Made by a program: the position numbers and the translations under genes. The notes below the pieces were generated by a model that was given only the letters and a program-made list of their open reading frames with translations, was not told the DNA's origin and ran no database searches. From Patescibacteria group bacterium (GTDB lineage Bacteria > Patescibacteriota > Minisyncoccia > UBA9983), in the NCBI GenBank assembly GCA_018901555.1, contig JAHIER010000057.1, positions 1 through 27,944 of the forward strand: DNA of 27,944 bases, written 5' to 3'. Below, one piece after another: positions 16,319 to 23,681 of this stretch. The first letter of the stretch is position 1. Every line of letters starts with the position of its first letter.

Positions 16319-16340
16319 ACGATCGTAAAATTTATCTAAA
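16319..16340. repeat. 22-bp direct repeat copy 2 (ACGATCGTAAAATTTATCTAAA)
   Basis: Exact match to 15678-15699; here TACGATCGTA (16318-16327) is a perfect 10-bp palindrome. Confidence 0.95.
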
Positions 16341-16357
16341 TGGGGAGGTGAATTAAA

Positions 16358-16456
16358 TTGGGAGAATTTAAGCAGAGGAAAGGAGAATTTAAGCATGGGA
16401 AAAGTAATATTATAGACGAAAAGGGAAAATACCCCTTTTGTGTGGATAAGTATTGA
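16358..16456 (+). CDS. Putative 32-aa small protein (MGEFKQRKGEFKHGKSNIIDEKGKYPFCVDKY)
   Basis: GGAGGTGA SD at 16344-16351, TTG start 6 nt later; internal 14-bp repeat GGAGAATTTAAGCA with a 21-nt period. Not in the ORF track. Confidence 0.3.
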   Translation: MGEFKQRKGEFKHGKSNIIDEKGKYPFCVDKY

Positions 16457-16481
16457 CATAAAATATTGGTTCTGCTAATAT
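16441..16481 (+). promoter_or_regulatory. Sigma70-type promoter of the infA-rpsI operon with adjacent DnaA box
   Basis: TGTGGATAA (perfect DnaA box, 16441-16449); TTGACA 16453-16458, 17-nt spacer, TG-n-TAATAT 16476-16481. Confidence 0.8.
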
Positions 16482-16496
16482 AAAAAAGTCATACAA

Positions 16497-16712
16497 ATGG
16501 CAGATAGGTCTGAAACAACAACTATAGGAATTGTCATAGAGGCGTTGCCCAATGCTACGTTTCGTGTTCGTCTTGAAGACAATAGAGAGGTTTTTACTTA
16601 TATTTCAGGCAAAATGAGAATGTATAGAATAAAAGTTCTTGTAGGTGATAAAGTAAAAGTTGAATTCAGTCCTTATGATGATAAAAAGGGCAGAATTATA
16701 CAAAGAATGTAA
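16497..16712 (+). CDS. infA: Translation initiation factor IF-1
   Basis: [18 protein letters not shown]...[31 protein letters not shown]. Confidence 0.98.
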   Translation: MADRSETTTIGIVIEALPNATFRVRLEDNREVFTYISGKMRMYRIKVLVGDKVKVEFSPYDDKKGRIIQRM

Positions 16713-16721
16713 TTAAATAAT

Positions 16722-16838
16722 ATGAAAGTTAGAACTTCAGTAAAAAAAATTTGCAGAGATTGTAAAATGGTCCGAAGAAGAGGTCGGATTTATGTTATTT
16801 GCAAAAAAAATCCAAAACATAAACAAAGACAAGGATAA
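16722..16838 (+). CDS. rpmJ: 50S ribosomal protein L36 (missing from ORF track)
   Basis: Hand translation [38 protein letters not shown]; Zn-ribbon CxxC...C...H; canonical position between infA and rpsM. Confidence 0.98.
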   Translation: MKVRTSVKKICRDCKMVRRRGRIYVICKKNPKHKQRQG

Positions 16839-16840
16839 TT

Positions 16841-17224
16841 ATGAGAATAGCCGGAATAACAATTCCAGACAATAAAAGATTGGATGTGGCGCTCACATAT
16901 ATTTTTGGTATTGGTCGTTCCAAGGCTCAAAAAATTCTTCAGGAAGCCGGAGTTGCCATTGATAAAAAGGTAAAAGATTTATCCGAAAAAGAATCTAGTG
17001 CTATTCGTGGAGGAGTTGAAAAAAATAAAACAGAAGGAGATTTAAGAAGAGCCATTTCAGCCGAAATAAAAAGATTAAAGGAAATAAAATGTTACCGCGG
17101 TATCAGACATATTAAATTATTGCCGACAAAAGGACAGCGTACTAAAACAAATTCAAGAACCATAAGGCCATATCAGGGTCGTAAAACAATGGGTAGCGGT
17201 AAAAGAAAATTAGATAAGAAATAA
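16841..17224 (+). CDS. rpsM: 30S ribosomal protein S13
   Basis: MRIAG..IP.NKRLDVALTYIFGIG...YRGIRH...LPTKGQRTKTNSRT. Confidence 0.98.
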   Translation: MRIAGITIPDNKRLDVALTYIFGIGRSKAQKILQEAGVAIDKKVKDLSEKESSAIRGGVEKNKTEGDLRRAISAEIKRLKEIKCYRGIRHIKLLPTKGQRTKTNSRTIRPYQGRKTMGSGKRKLDKK

Positions 17225-17231
17225 AATTAAT

Positions 17232-17666
17232 ATGGGAAAAAAGAGAATTGCAAAAAAAGGAAGCGGGTCAGTTGACCAGGGATTAAAAGAACGTTCATTA
17301 AGCAAGATCCCTAAGAAAAAAATAGTGAACGGGATTTTGAATATTCAGTCAACTTACAATAATACAATAATAAATTTAAGTGATGAAAAAGGCAATACTT
17401 TTCTTTGGGCCTCAAGCGGATCACTCGGTTTTAAGGGCACAAAAAAGAGCACTCCTTTTGCTGCTTCTAAAGTTGCTGATTTAATTGTTGAAAAAGCAAA
17501 AATAATAGGGCTTAAAAGTGTGGACGTTGTTCTTAAAGGTGTTGGCTCTGGAAGAGAATCTGCTATCAGAACTTTTGCTTCTAAGGGTATAGAAATTAAT
17601 TCAATTAAAGATGTTACACCAGTGCCGCATAATGGCCCTAAACCGCGTAAACCAAGACGCGTATAA
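17232..17666 (+). CDS. rpsK: 30S ribosomal protein S11
   Basis: STYNNTII, KKSTPFAA, GVGSGRESAIR, DVTPVPHNG. Confidence 0.98.
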   Translation: MGKKRIAKKGSGSVDQGLKERSLSKIPKKKIVNGILNIQSTYNNTIINLSDEKGNTFLWASSGSLGFKGTKKSTPFAASKVADLIVEKAKIIGLKSVDVVLKGVGSGRESAIRTFASKGIEINSIKDVTPVPHNGPKPRKPRRV

Positions 17667-17672
17667 AAAATT

Positions 17673-18305
17673 ATGATGGATGTAAAATGCAAAAAATGTA
17701 TAAGGGTAAATGAAAAACTTTTTCTAAAAGGAGAAAAATGTTTTTCGGCTAAGTGTCCTTTAGCTAGGAAGGCCACAAAAGGTCGACCACGAAAAATCGT
17801 TAAACATCCCAAAAGAGGTTTGTCTGAATATGGATTACAAATGAGAGACAAACAAAAAGTAAAATTAACTTACGGCATTAGCGAAAGACAACTGATCAAT
17901 TTTGTTAAAGAGGCCGGTAAAAAAAAGAATGAAGATATAAGTTTAAGACTTTATCATTTTTTGGAAATGCGTATTGATAATACTGCTTTTAGAACTGGTT
18001 TTTTTGATTCTCGGACTAAATCAAGGCAGGGAGTTTCTCATGGCCATATAATTGTCAACGGCAGAAGAGTTAATATCCCGTCTCTCAGAATCAAAATTGG
18101 AGACAAAATAGCCATCCGGCCACAATCATCTGTCAAAGGTCTTTTTAAAGATCTTGATATAAAAATAAAAAAATATAATCCTCCGTCTTGGATTAATTTA
18201 GATAAAGAAAAGAAAATCGGAGAAATTATTGGAGTTCCATCTTTGGCAGAGGAACCAACAATACATCAGCAATTAAATTCAATCATAGAATTTTATAGTC
18301 GTTAA
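17673..18305 (+). CDS. rpsD: 30S ribosomal protein S4
   Basis: KCKKC...KC...KC N-terminus, SEYGLQMRDKQKVK, LEMRIDN, VSHGHIIVNGRRVNIPS. Confidence 0.97.
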   Translation: MMDVKCKKCIRVNEKLFLKGEKCFSAKCPLARKATKGRPRKIVKHPKRGLSEYGLQMRDKQKVKLTYGISERQLINFVKEAGKKKNEDISLRLYHFLEMRIDNTAFRTGFFDSRTKSRQGVSHGHIIVNGRRVNIPSLRIKIGDKIAIRPQSSVKGLFKDLDIKIKKYNPPSWINLDKEKKIGEIIGVPSLAEEPTIHQQLNSIIEFYSR

Positions 18306-18339
18306 TTTTTATTAGAAGTCTAAATAAAAACTTTTTTAT

Positions 18340-19308
18340 ATGGATTACAGTATTAATATGCCCTTAAGGCCAAGAATTGTTGAAGAAGATGGTGAAAAGG
18401 GCGTTTATGAAATAGACGGGCTTTATGCCGGTTATGGTCACACGCTCGGCAATTCTTTAAGAAGAATTATATTGTCATCATTGCCGGGATCTGCCATTAC
18501 TAAAGTTAAAATAGAAGGAGCTTCGCACGAGTTTTCCAATCTTCCTGGCATTAAGGAAGATGTTATTAATATTATTCTTAATCTTAAAAGATTAAGATTT
18601 AAAATGCATACTGATGAAATTCAAAAAGCAACAATTTCTGTCAAGGGGATAAAAAATATTACTGCTAAAGATATTAAATTACCGACTCAGGTTGAAATTT
18701 TAAACAAAGAAATGCCTATCGCGACTCTTACTAGCAAAGATGCAAAATTAGAAATTGAAATAACCATAGAAAAAGGCTTGGGTTATATTACCAGAGAAGC
18801 TTTGCATAAAGAAAGAGTAGAAATAGGAATGATTCATTTAGATGTTCTTTTTACGCCTATTAGAAGAGTTAATTATGAAGTAGAGAATATGCGTGTCGGT
18901 GACCGCACTGATTACAATAGATTAAGATTTTTCATACAAACTGATGGTTCTGTTTCCCCAAAAGAAGCTTTGGAAAAATCAATTGAAATAATGATTAGTC
19001 ATTTGAGGTCAATCAGAGGATTTCAGGAAACAGAGATAGAAGAAGATTTAGAAGAAGAAAAAATTGAAACTGACAAAGAAATAGATAAAAAAATCAAAAA
19101 AGATGATACGGAAATTCTTAAAACCAGAATTGAAGATTTGCCTCTTTCTTCTCGCACAGCCAAAGCGCTTACTATTTCTGGAATCAGGACACTTGGCGGG
19201 CTGGCTAGAAAAAAAGAATCAGATCTGTTAGAAATAGAAGATGTGGGCAAAAAGGCTGTTGAAGAAATAAAAGAAGCCTTGGAAAATTACGGATTATCAT
19301 TAAAGTAA
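18340..19308 (+). CDS. rpoA: DNA-directed RNA polymerase subunit alpha
   Basis: GYGHTLGNSLRRIILSSLPG, HEFSNLPGIKEDV, FTPIRRVNYEVENMRVG, alpha-CTD IEDLPLSSRT. Confidence 0.99.
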   Translation: MDYSINMPLRPRIVEEDGEKGVYEIDGLYAGYGHTLGNSLRRIILSSLPGSAITKVKIEGASHEFSNLPGIKEDVINIILNLKRLRFKMHTDEIQKATISVKGIKNITAKDIKLPTQVEILNKEMPIATLTSKDAKLEIEITIEKGLGYITREALHKERVEIGMIHLDVLFTPIRRVNYEVENMRVGDRTDYNRLRFFIQTDGSVSPKEALEKSIEIMISHLRSIRGFQETEIEEDLEEEKIETDKEIDKKIKKDDTEILKTRIEDLPLSSRTAKALTISGIRTLGGLARKKESDLLEIEDVGKKAVEEIKEALENYGLSLK

Positions 19309-19315
19309 TATAATT

Positions 19316-19663
19316 ATGCGTCATAAGAAAAAGGGCAGAAAATTAGGAAGAAAAAAGAATGCTAGAAAAGGGCTTTTAAAGGCGCTGGCTGTTAGTTTGG
19401 TTAAGAGCGAGAAAATAAAAACAACCGAAGCTAAAGCTAAAGAGCTCAGGCCTTTTATAGAAAAACTTTTAACTAAAGCCAGAGAAGAGAAGTTGAGTAA
19501 TCGCAGATTGATTATCGCTAAAATAGGCGAGGCTCCTGCTAAAAAACTTTTTGAAAAGATTGGGCCAAAATATAAAAATAGAAAAGGCGGTTATACTAGA
19601 ATTATTAAATTAGCCCGCCGTCAGGGAGATGCCAGCAAAATGGCAGTAATAGAATTTGTATGA
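19316..19663 (+). CDS. rplQ: 50S ribosomal protein L17
   Basis: MRHKKKGRKLGR, IKTTEAKAKELR, RKGGYTRIIK, RQGDAS.MAVIEFV. Confidence 0.98.
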   Translation: MRHKKKGRKLGRKKNARKGLLKALAVSLVKSEKIKTTEAKAKELRPFIEKLLTKAREEKLSNRRLIIAKIGEAPAKKLFEKIGPKYKNRKGGYTRIIKLARRQGDASKMAVIEFV

Positions 19664-20007
19664 AAAAAGAATACACCATAGACGCAAAAGGAAAATCATT
19701 GGGCAGAGTTGCTTCTGAGGCAGCTGCTATTTTGCGCGGGAAGAATAGTCCTGATTTTATGCCTAATATTGCGCCAAATATCAAATTAACTATTACTAAT
19801 GGCGATAAATTTAGAGTTACCGGCAAAAAAATGAAACAAAAAAGATATATGAGGCATTCTACTTATCCTGGAAATTTAAAAATTTTAAGAATGGAAGAAG
19901 TAGTTGATAAAAAGGGCAAAGAATATTTATTAAAAAAAGCCGTAGATGGAATGTTGCCTAAAAATAAACTTAGAAAAATAATGATTAAAAATTTAATTAT
20001 TAAATAA
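19660..20007 (+). CDS. rplM: 50S ribosomal protein L13
   Basis: IDAKGKSLGRVASEAAAILRGKN.P.FMP, YMRHSTYPGNLK, AVDGMLPKNKL. Confidence 0.97.
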   Translation: MKKEYTIDAKGKSLGRVASEAAAILRGKNSPDFMPNIAPNIKLTITNGDKFRVTGKKMKQKRYMRHSTYPGNLKILRMEEVVDKKGKEYLLKKAVDGMLPKNKLRKIMIKNLIIK

Positions 20008-20011
20008 TTTT

Positions 20012-20452
20012 ATGACAACCGCCAAGAAAACAAAGGAGACAAAAGAAAAGAAGCCGGCAAAAAATACTTATTTTGAAGCCATAGGCAGAAGAAAAACTTC
20101 AATAGCCAGAGTGAGGCTTTTTAATAAAGGAGAATCTGGCATTATTGTTAATAATAAAGATTTTAAAAAATATTTTCCTACAGCAGAATTGCACAATGTT
20201 ATTGAAGATCCGCTCAAGAAAATGAAACTTGCTGAAAGTTTTAAAATCACAGTGAAAACTTCTGGCGGGGGAGTTAGCTCTCAGGCAGAAGCAGTTCGGT
20301 TAGGAATTTCTAGAGCCTTGGTTAAATTTAATGCAGAATTCAGAAAAAGATTAAAGAAAGCGGGATTTCTTAAAAGAGATCCTCGCACAAAAGAGCGTCG
20401 TAAGTTCGGTTTAAAGAAAGCAAGAAAAGCTCCGCAATGGAGTAAGCGATAA
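20012..20452 (+). CDS. rpsI: 30S ribosomal protein S9
   Basis: GRRKTSIARVRL, GGGVSSQAEAVRLGISRAL, RDPRTKERRKFGLKKARKAPQWSKR. Confidence 0.98.
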   Translation: MTTAKKTKETKEKKPAKNTYFEAIGRRKTSIARVRLFNKGESGIIVNNKDFKKYFPTAELHNVIEDPLKKMKLAESFKITVKTSGGGVSSQAEAVRLGISRALVKFNAEFRKRLKKAGFLKRDPRTKERRKFGLKKARKAPQWSKR

Positions 20453-20459
20453 AAGATTA

Positions 20460-20544
20460 AAGCCTCGGTTTTCCCGGGGCTTTTTACTTGGGGGTTTCAC
20501 CCCCAAGTCCTTGTATTTGTTGACGTGGCATTGGGAAAATGATA
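20460..20544 (+). repeat. Composite element copy 1: terminator hairpin + U-tract + 23-nt palindrome ACTTGGGGGT-TTC-ACCCCCAAGT + promoter-like tail
   Basis: AAGCCTCGG-TTTTC-CCGGGGCTT then TTT (20460-20485) terminates rpsI; palindrome 20486-20508; CTTGTATTT 20510-20518; GGAAAATGATA 20534-20544. Homologous to 21072-21147. Confidence 0.92.
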
Positions 20545-20588
20545 GGAATTAAATAGATTTGAAACTTAAAAAGGGGGAAATTATAACT

Positions 20589-20975
20589 ATGAGTATACTT
20601 GATAGGCCATGCAGTTCACCTAAAGAAGCATTTTTAGTAGCTCAAGGGCATTGTATTACTACAAAAAGAGATGTTTGTTATGCTTATGATGGAGTCGGAT
20701 GTAGTTCTTGTCCAAAATATAAAGAAGGATTAAAAAGAAGAAAAGAAAGAATAAAAAAAGAAAAAAAACAAACTCTGAAAGAAGTTGTAATAGACATAGA
20801 CCCAATTTTTAAAAGCAAGGCGATTATGAGGATAAGAAAAATTAATTCGTATTATTACTTTGAAATTGGAGAAGTCTATAAAGATCAGCCTGATTTATTT
20901 TGCAAAAAAAGATCAATTGTTTTAACATATGAAGAAAAAAAGATTGCAGTAAAATTGCTGGCTGAGCGGGGGTAA
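20589..20975 (+). CDS. Hypothetical 128-aa Cys-rich, basic protein
   Basis: ORF with AAGGGGG SD about 10 nt upstream of ATG 20589; five Cys and one His in the N-terminal 31 aa (C..HC..C..CSSC); no family recognised. Confidence 0.65.
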   Translation: MSILDRPCSSPKEAFLVAQGHCITTKRDVCYAYDGVGCSSCPKYKEGLKRRKERIKKEKKQTLKEVVIDIDPIFKSKAIMRIRKINSYYYFEIGEVYKDQPDLFCKKRSIVLTYEEKKIAVKLLAERG

Positions 20976-21062
20976 TGCATGGTTGCATTATCAAGGCACC
21001 ACCTTGATAGGATCAGGCAAATCACCGTTTGAATTCGGGTTTGATTCCCAACTCCCGCTCCA
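20966..21062 (+). ncRNA. Non-canonical tRNA-like cloverleaf, Gly-type acceptor stem, putative ACC anticodon, long variable arm, encoded CCA
   Basis: Acceptor GCGGGGG/CTCCCGC + T73 + CCA; D arm ATGC(A)-TGGT-(T)GCAT; anticodon arm ATCAAG-GCACCAC-CTTGAT; 26-nt variable region; T arm TCGGG-TTTGATT-CCCAA; intrinsic terminator 10 nt downstream. Confidence 0.6.
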
Positions 21063-21071
21063 AATAAATTT

Positions 21072-21147
21072 AAGCCTCGGCAAAACCGAGGCTTTTTACT
21101 TGGGGGTGAAACCCCCAAGTTCTTGTATTTTTGGCTGGAAAATGATA
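21072..21147 (+). repeat. Composite element copy 2: terminator + 23-nt palindrome ACTTGGGGGT-GAA-ACCCCCAAGT + grpE promoter
   Basis: AAGCCTCGG-CAAAA-CCGAGGCTT then TTT (21072-21097); palindrome 21098-21120; CTTGTATTT 21122-21130; GGAAAATGATA 21137-21147. Confidence 0.92.
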
Positions 21148-21151
21148 AAAT
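21123..21151 (+). promoter_or_regulatory. Putative sigma70 promoter of grpE-dnaK (probably leaderless mRNA)
   Basis: TTGTAT 21123-21128, 17-nt spacer, TG-n-TAAAAT 21146-21151; ATG 7 nt later, no SD. Confidence 0.65.
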
Positions 21152-21158
21152 ATTATTA

Positions 21159-21746
21159 ATGACTGAAGAAAAAAATACTAATAATAACGGCAATGATAAT
21201 GAAAATCTTGAAGATATTGTTGTTGAGGAAGAGGGAATTCCGGCTGATTTGCAATTGAAAAAACTTCGGGAAAAGCTGAAAAAATGCATGGCGGAAAAAG
21301 AAGAATATTTGGCCGGCTGGCAGAGAGCTAAGGCAGATTTTATTAATGCTAGAAACGAAGAAAAAGAGAATCGAACAGAATTGTTGAAATTTGCCAATGA
21401 AGAAATTATTGAGGATATTCTGCCGGTTTTAGACAGTTTTGATCTTGCTTTTAATAATGAAAATTGGCAAAAACTTGACAAAATATGGCAAGAAGGTATA
21501 AAATTAATATATAACAAATTTATAGATACTCTAAAGAAACACGGCATAGAAAAAATAGAAACTATAAATAAGAAATTTAATCCTGAAGAACATGAATCAT
21601 TAGGGGAGATTGAAATTGAAGACTCGCCTCGCGGCGAAGCGGGTAAAAATAAAGAGGGAGTTGTTTTGGAAGAAATTCGGAAAGGATATAAAATTCATAA
21701 TAAATTATTAAGACCTGCTCAAGTCAGAGTAGGAAAAACAAAATAA
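21159..21746 (+). CDS. grpE: Nucleotide exchange factor GrpE
   Basis: WQRAKADFINAR, ILPVLDSF, FNPEEHESL, KGYKIHNKLLRPAQVRV; start taken at ATG 21159. Confidence 0.97.
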   Translation: MTEEKNTNNNGNDNENLEDIVVEEEGIPADLQLKKLREKLKKCMAEKEEYLAGWQRAKADFINARNEEKENRTELLKFANEEIIEDILPVLDSFDLAFNNENWQKLDKIWQEGIKLIYNKFIDTLKKHGIEKIETINKKFNPEEHESLGEIEIEDSPRGEAGKNKEGVVLEEIRKGYKIHNKLLRPAQVRVGKTK

Positions 21747-21752
21747 AAAAAT

Positions 21753-23663
21753 ATGTCAAAAATATTAGGTATAGACTTAGGCACAACTAATTCAGCCATG
21801 GCCATTGTAGAGGCTGGCGAACCAAAGATTTTGGAAAACCAGGAAGGCAATAGAACAACCCCTTCCATGGTTGCTATTTCCAAAACCGGTGAAAGACTGG
21901 TTGGACTTTTGGCTAAAAGACAGGCAGTAACAAATCCGCAAAATACAATTTTTTCTGTTAAGCGTTTAATTGGCAGAAGATTTGAAGATGACGAAGTGCA
22001 AAAAGATGTTAAATTAATGCCTTACAAAATTGAGAAAAATAATGAAGGAGGCGCTTCGGTTATGATGAATGGCAAAGGTTACAGGCCGGAGGAAGTTTCC
22101 GCTATGATTCTGCAAAAAATGAAACATGATGCTGAAGCCAGATTAGGCGAAAAAATTGAAGAAGTCATTATTACAGTGCCGGCTTATTTTAATGATAGCC
22201 AGAGAAAAGCTACCAAAGATGCCGGTGAAATTACTGGATTAAAAGTTAAAAGAATTATTAATGAACCAACAGCTGCGGCCTTGGCTTATGGTTTCAATAA
22301 AAAGAAAAATGAGCAGATTGTTGTTTATGATTTTGGCGGAGGCACCTTTGATGTCTCGGTTTTGGAAGTTGGCGATGATGTTATTGAAGTCAAATCTACG
22401 GATGGCGATACTCATTTGGGCGGTGATGATTTTGATCAGAAAATAATCAGCTGGATTGTTGAAGAATTTAAAAAAGAAAGCGGTATAGATATTTCAAAAG
22501 ACTTTATTGCTCTTCAGCGCCTTAAGGATGCCGCAGAAAAAGCTAAGCATGAACTTTCTAGCACGCCGGAAACTGAAATTAATATTCCTTTTATTACTTC
22601 AGACACTTCCGGGCCCAAGCATCTTGTTTTAAAAATGACCAGGGCTAAATTGGAAGATTTAGTAGGAGAATATATTAAGAAATCAATCAATATTACCAAA
22701 CGCGCCATTGAAGCTTCTAGTTTTAAAATTTCTGACATTGATGAAATTATTTTAGTTGGCGGACAAACCAGAATGCCGGCTATCCAAAATGCAATCAAAG
22801 ATTTTTTTGGCAAAGAGCCGAATAAATCAATTAATCCTGATGAGGTTGTTGCTTTGGGCGCTGCTGTGCAGGCCGGTGTTATGCAGGGCGATGTCAAAGA
22901 CGTGCTTTTACTTGACGTTATCCCTCTTTCTTTAGGCATTGAAACTTTGGGCGCTATCTCTACAAAAATTATTTCTAAAAATACCACTATTCCTACTAGC
23001 AAGTCTCAAGTTTTTTCCACTGCTGCTGATAATCAAACTTCTGTAGAAATTCATGTGTTGCAAGGTGAAAGGGAAATGGCAGGCGATAATAAAAGTTTGG
23101 GCCAATTTATTTTAGACGGTATTCCGCCGTCTCAGCGTGGCATGCCTCAGATTGAAGTTGTTTTTGATATTGATGCCAATGGTATTCTTAGTGTAACAGC
23201 TAAAGATAAAGCTAGTGGTAAAACCCAATCTATTCGTATTGAGGCTTCTTCCGGCTTGTCTAAAGATGATATTGAAAAAATGAAAAAAGACGCGGAAATT
23301 TATGCTGAAGAAGATAAAAAGAAAAAAGAATTAATTGAAATTAAAAATAATGCTGACACTTTAGTTTATACTGCTGAGAAGTCATTACGCGAAGCAGGGG
23401 ATAAAATTCCAGCTGATACTAAAAAACAAATTGAAGAAAAAATAGAAGCTGTTAAAAAAGTTAAAGATGGAGAAGATGTTAATGCTATAAAAAATGCTGT
23501 TAGCGAACTTTCAGCTGTTGTTCAAAAAATAGGGGAAACAATGTATAAACAAGCACAGCAAACTAGTAATGAAGGCAAATCTGAAGACAAATCGCGAGAT
23601 GCAGAGTTTGAAGATTCTTCAAAAAAGTCAGAACAAGATAAAAAAGACGACGAAAACAAATAA
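21753..23663 (+). CDS. dnaK: Chaperone DnaK (Hsp70)
   Basis: [57 protein letters not shown]. Confidence 0.99.
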   Translation: MSKILGIDLGTTNSAMAIVEAGEPKILENQEGNRTTPSMVAISKTGERLVGLLAKRQAVTNPQNTIFSVKRLIGRRFEDDEVQKDVKLMPYKIEKNNEGGASVMMNGKGYRPEEVSAMILQKMKHDAEARLGEKIEEVIITVPAYFNDSQRKATKDAGEITGLKVKRIINEPTAAALAYGFNKKKNEQIVVYDFGGGTFDVSVLEVGDDVIEVKSTDGDTHLGGDDFDQKIISWIVEEFKKESGIDISKDFIALQRLKDAAEKAKHELSSTPETEINIPFITSDTSGPKHLVLKMTRAKLEDLVGEYIKKSINITKRAIEASSFKISDIDEIILVGGQTRMPAIQNAIKDFFGKEPNKSINPDEVVALGAAVQAGVMQGDVKDVLLLDVIPLSLGIETLGAISTKIISKNTTIPTSKSQVFSTAADNQTSVEIHVLQGEREMAGDNKSLGQFILDGIPPSQRGMPQIEVVFDIDANGILSVTAKDKASGKTQSIRIEASSGLSKDDIEKMKKDAEIYAEEDKKKKELIEIKNNADTLVYTAEKSLREAGDKIPADTKKQIEEKIEAVKKVKDGEDVNAIKNAVSELSAVVQKIGETMYKQAQQTSNEGKSEDKSRDAEFEDSSKKSEQDKKDDENK

Positions 23664-23681
23664 TTTTGTTATAATTTAAAT

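Noticed and set aside
17354-17851. 165-aa - strand ORF and other short overlapping track ORFs (e.g. 13591-14013, 22514-23002, 23870-24346)
   Set aside because: Antisense or alternate-frame shadows of well-identified conserved genes with no motifs of their own.
20885-21547. 220-aa - strand ORF
   Set aside because: Antisense shadow of grpE, the repeat block and the tRNA-like element; F/S/L-rich composition typical of antisense frames.
21100-21760. CIRCE/HrcA heat-shock operator before grpE-dnaK-dnaJ
   Set aside because: No TTAGCACTC-N9-GAGTGCTAA-like inverted repeat found; the ACTTGGGGGT palindrome is unrelated in sequence.
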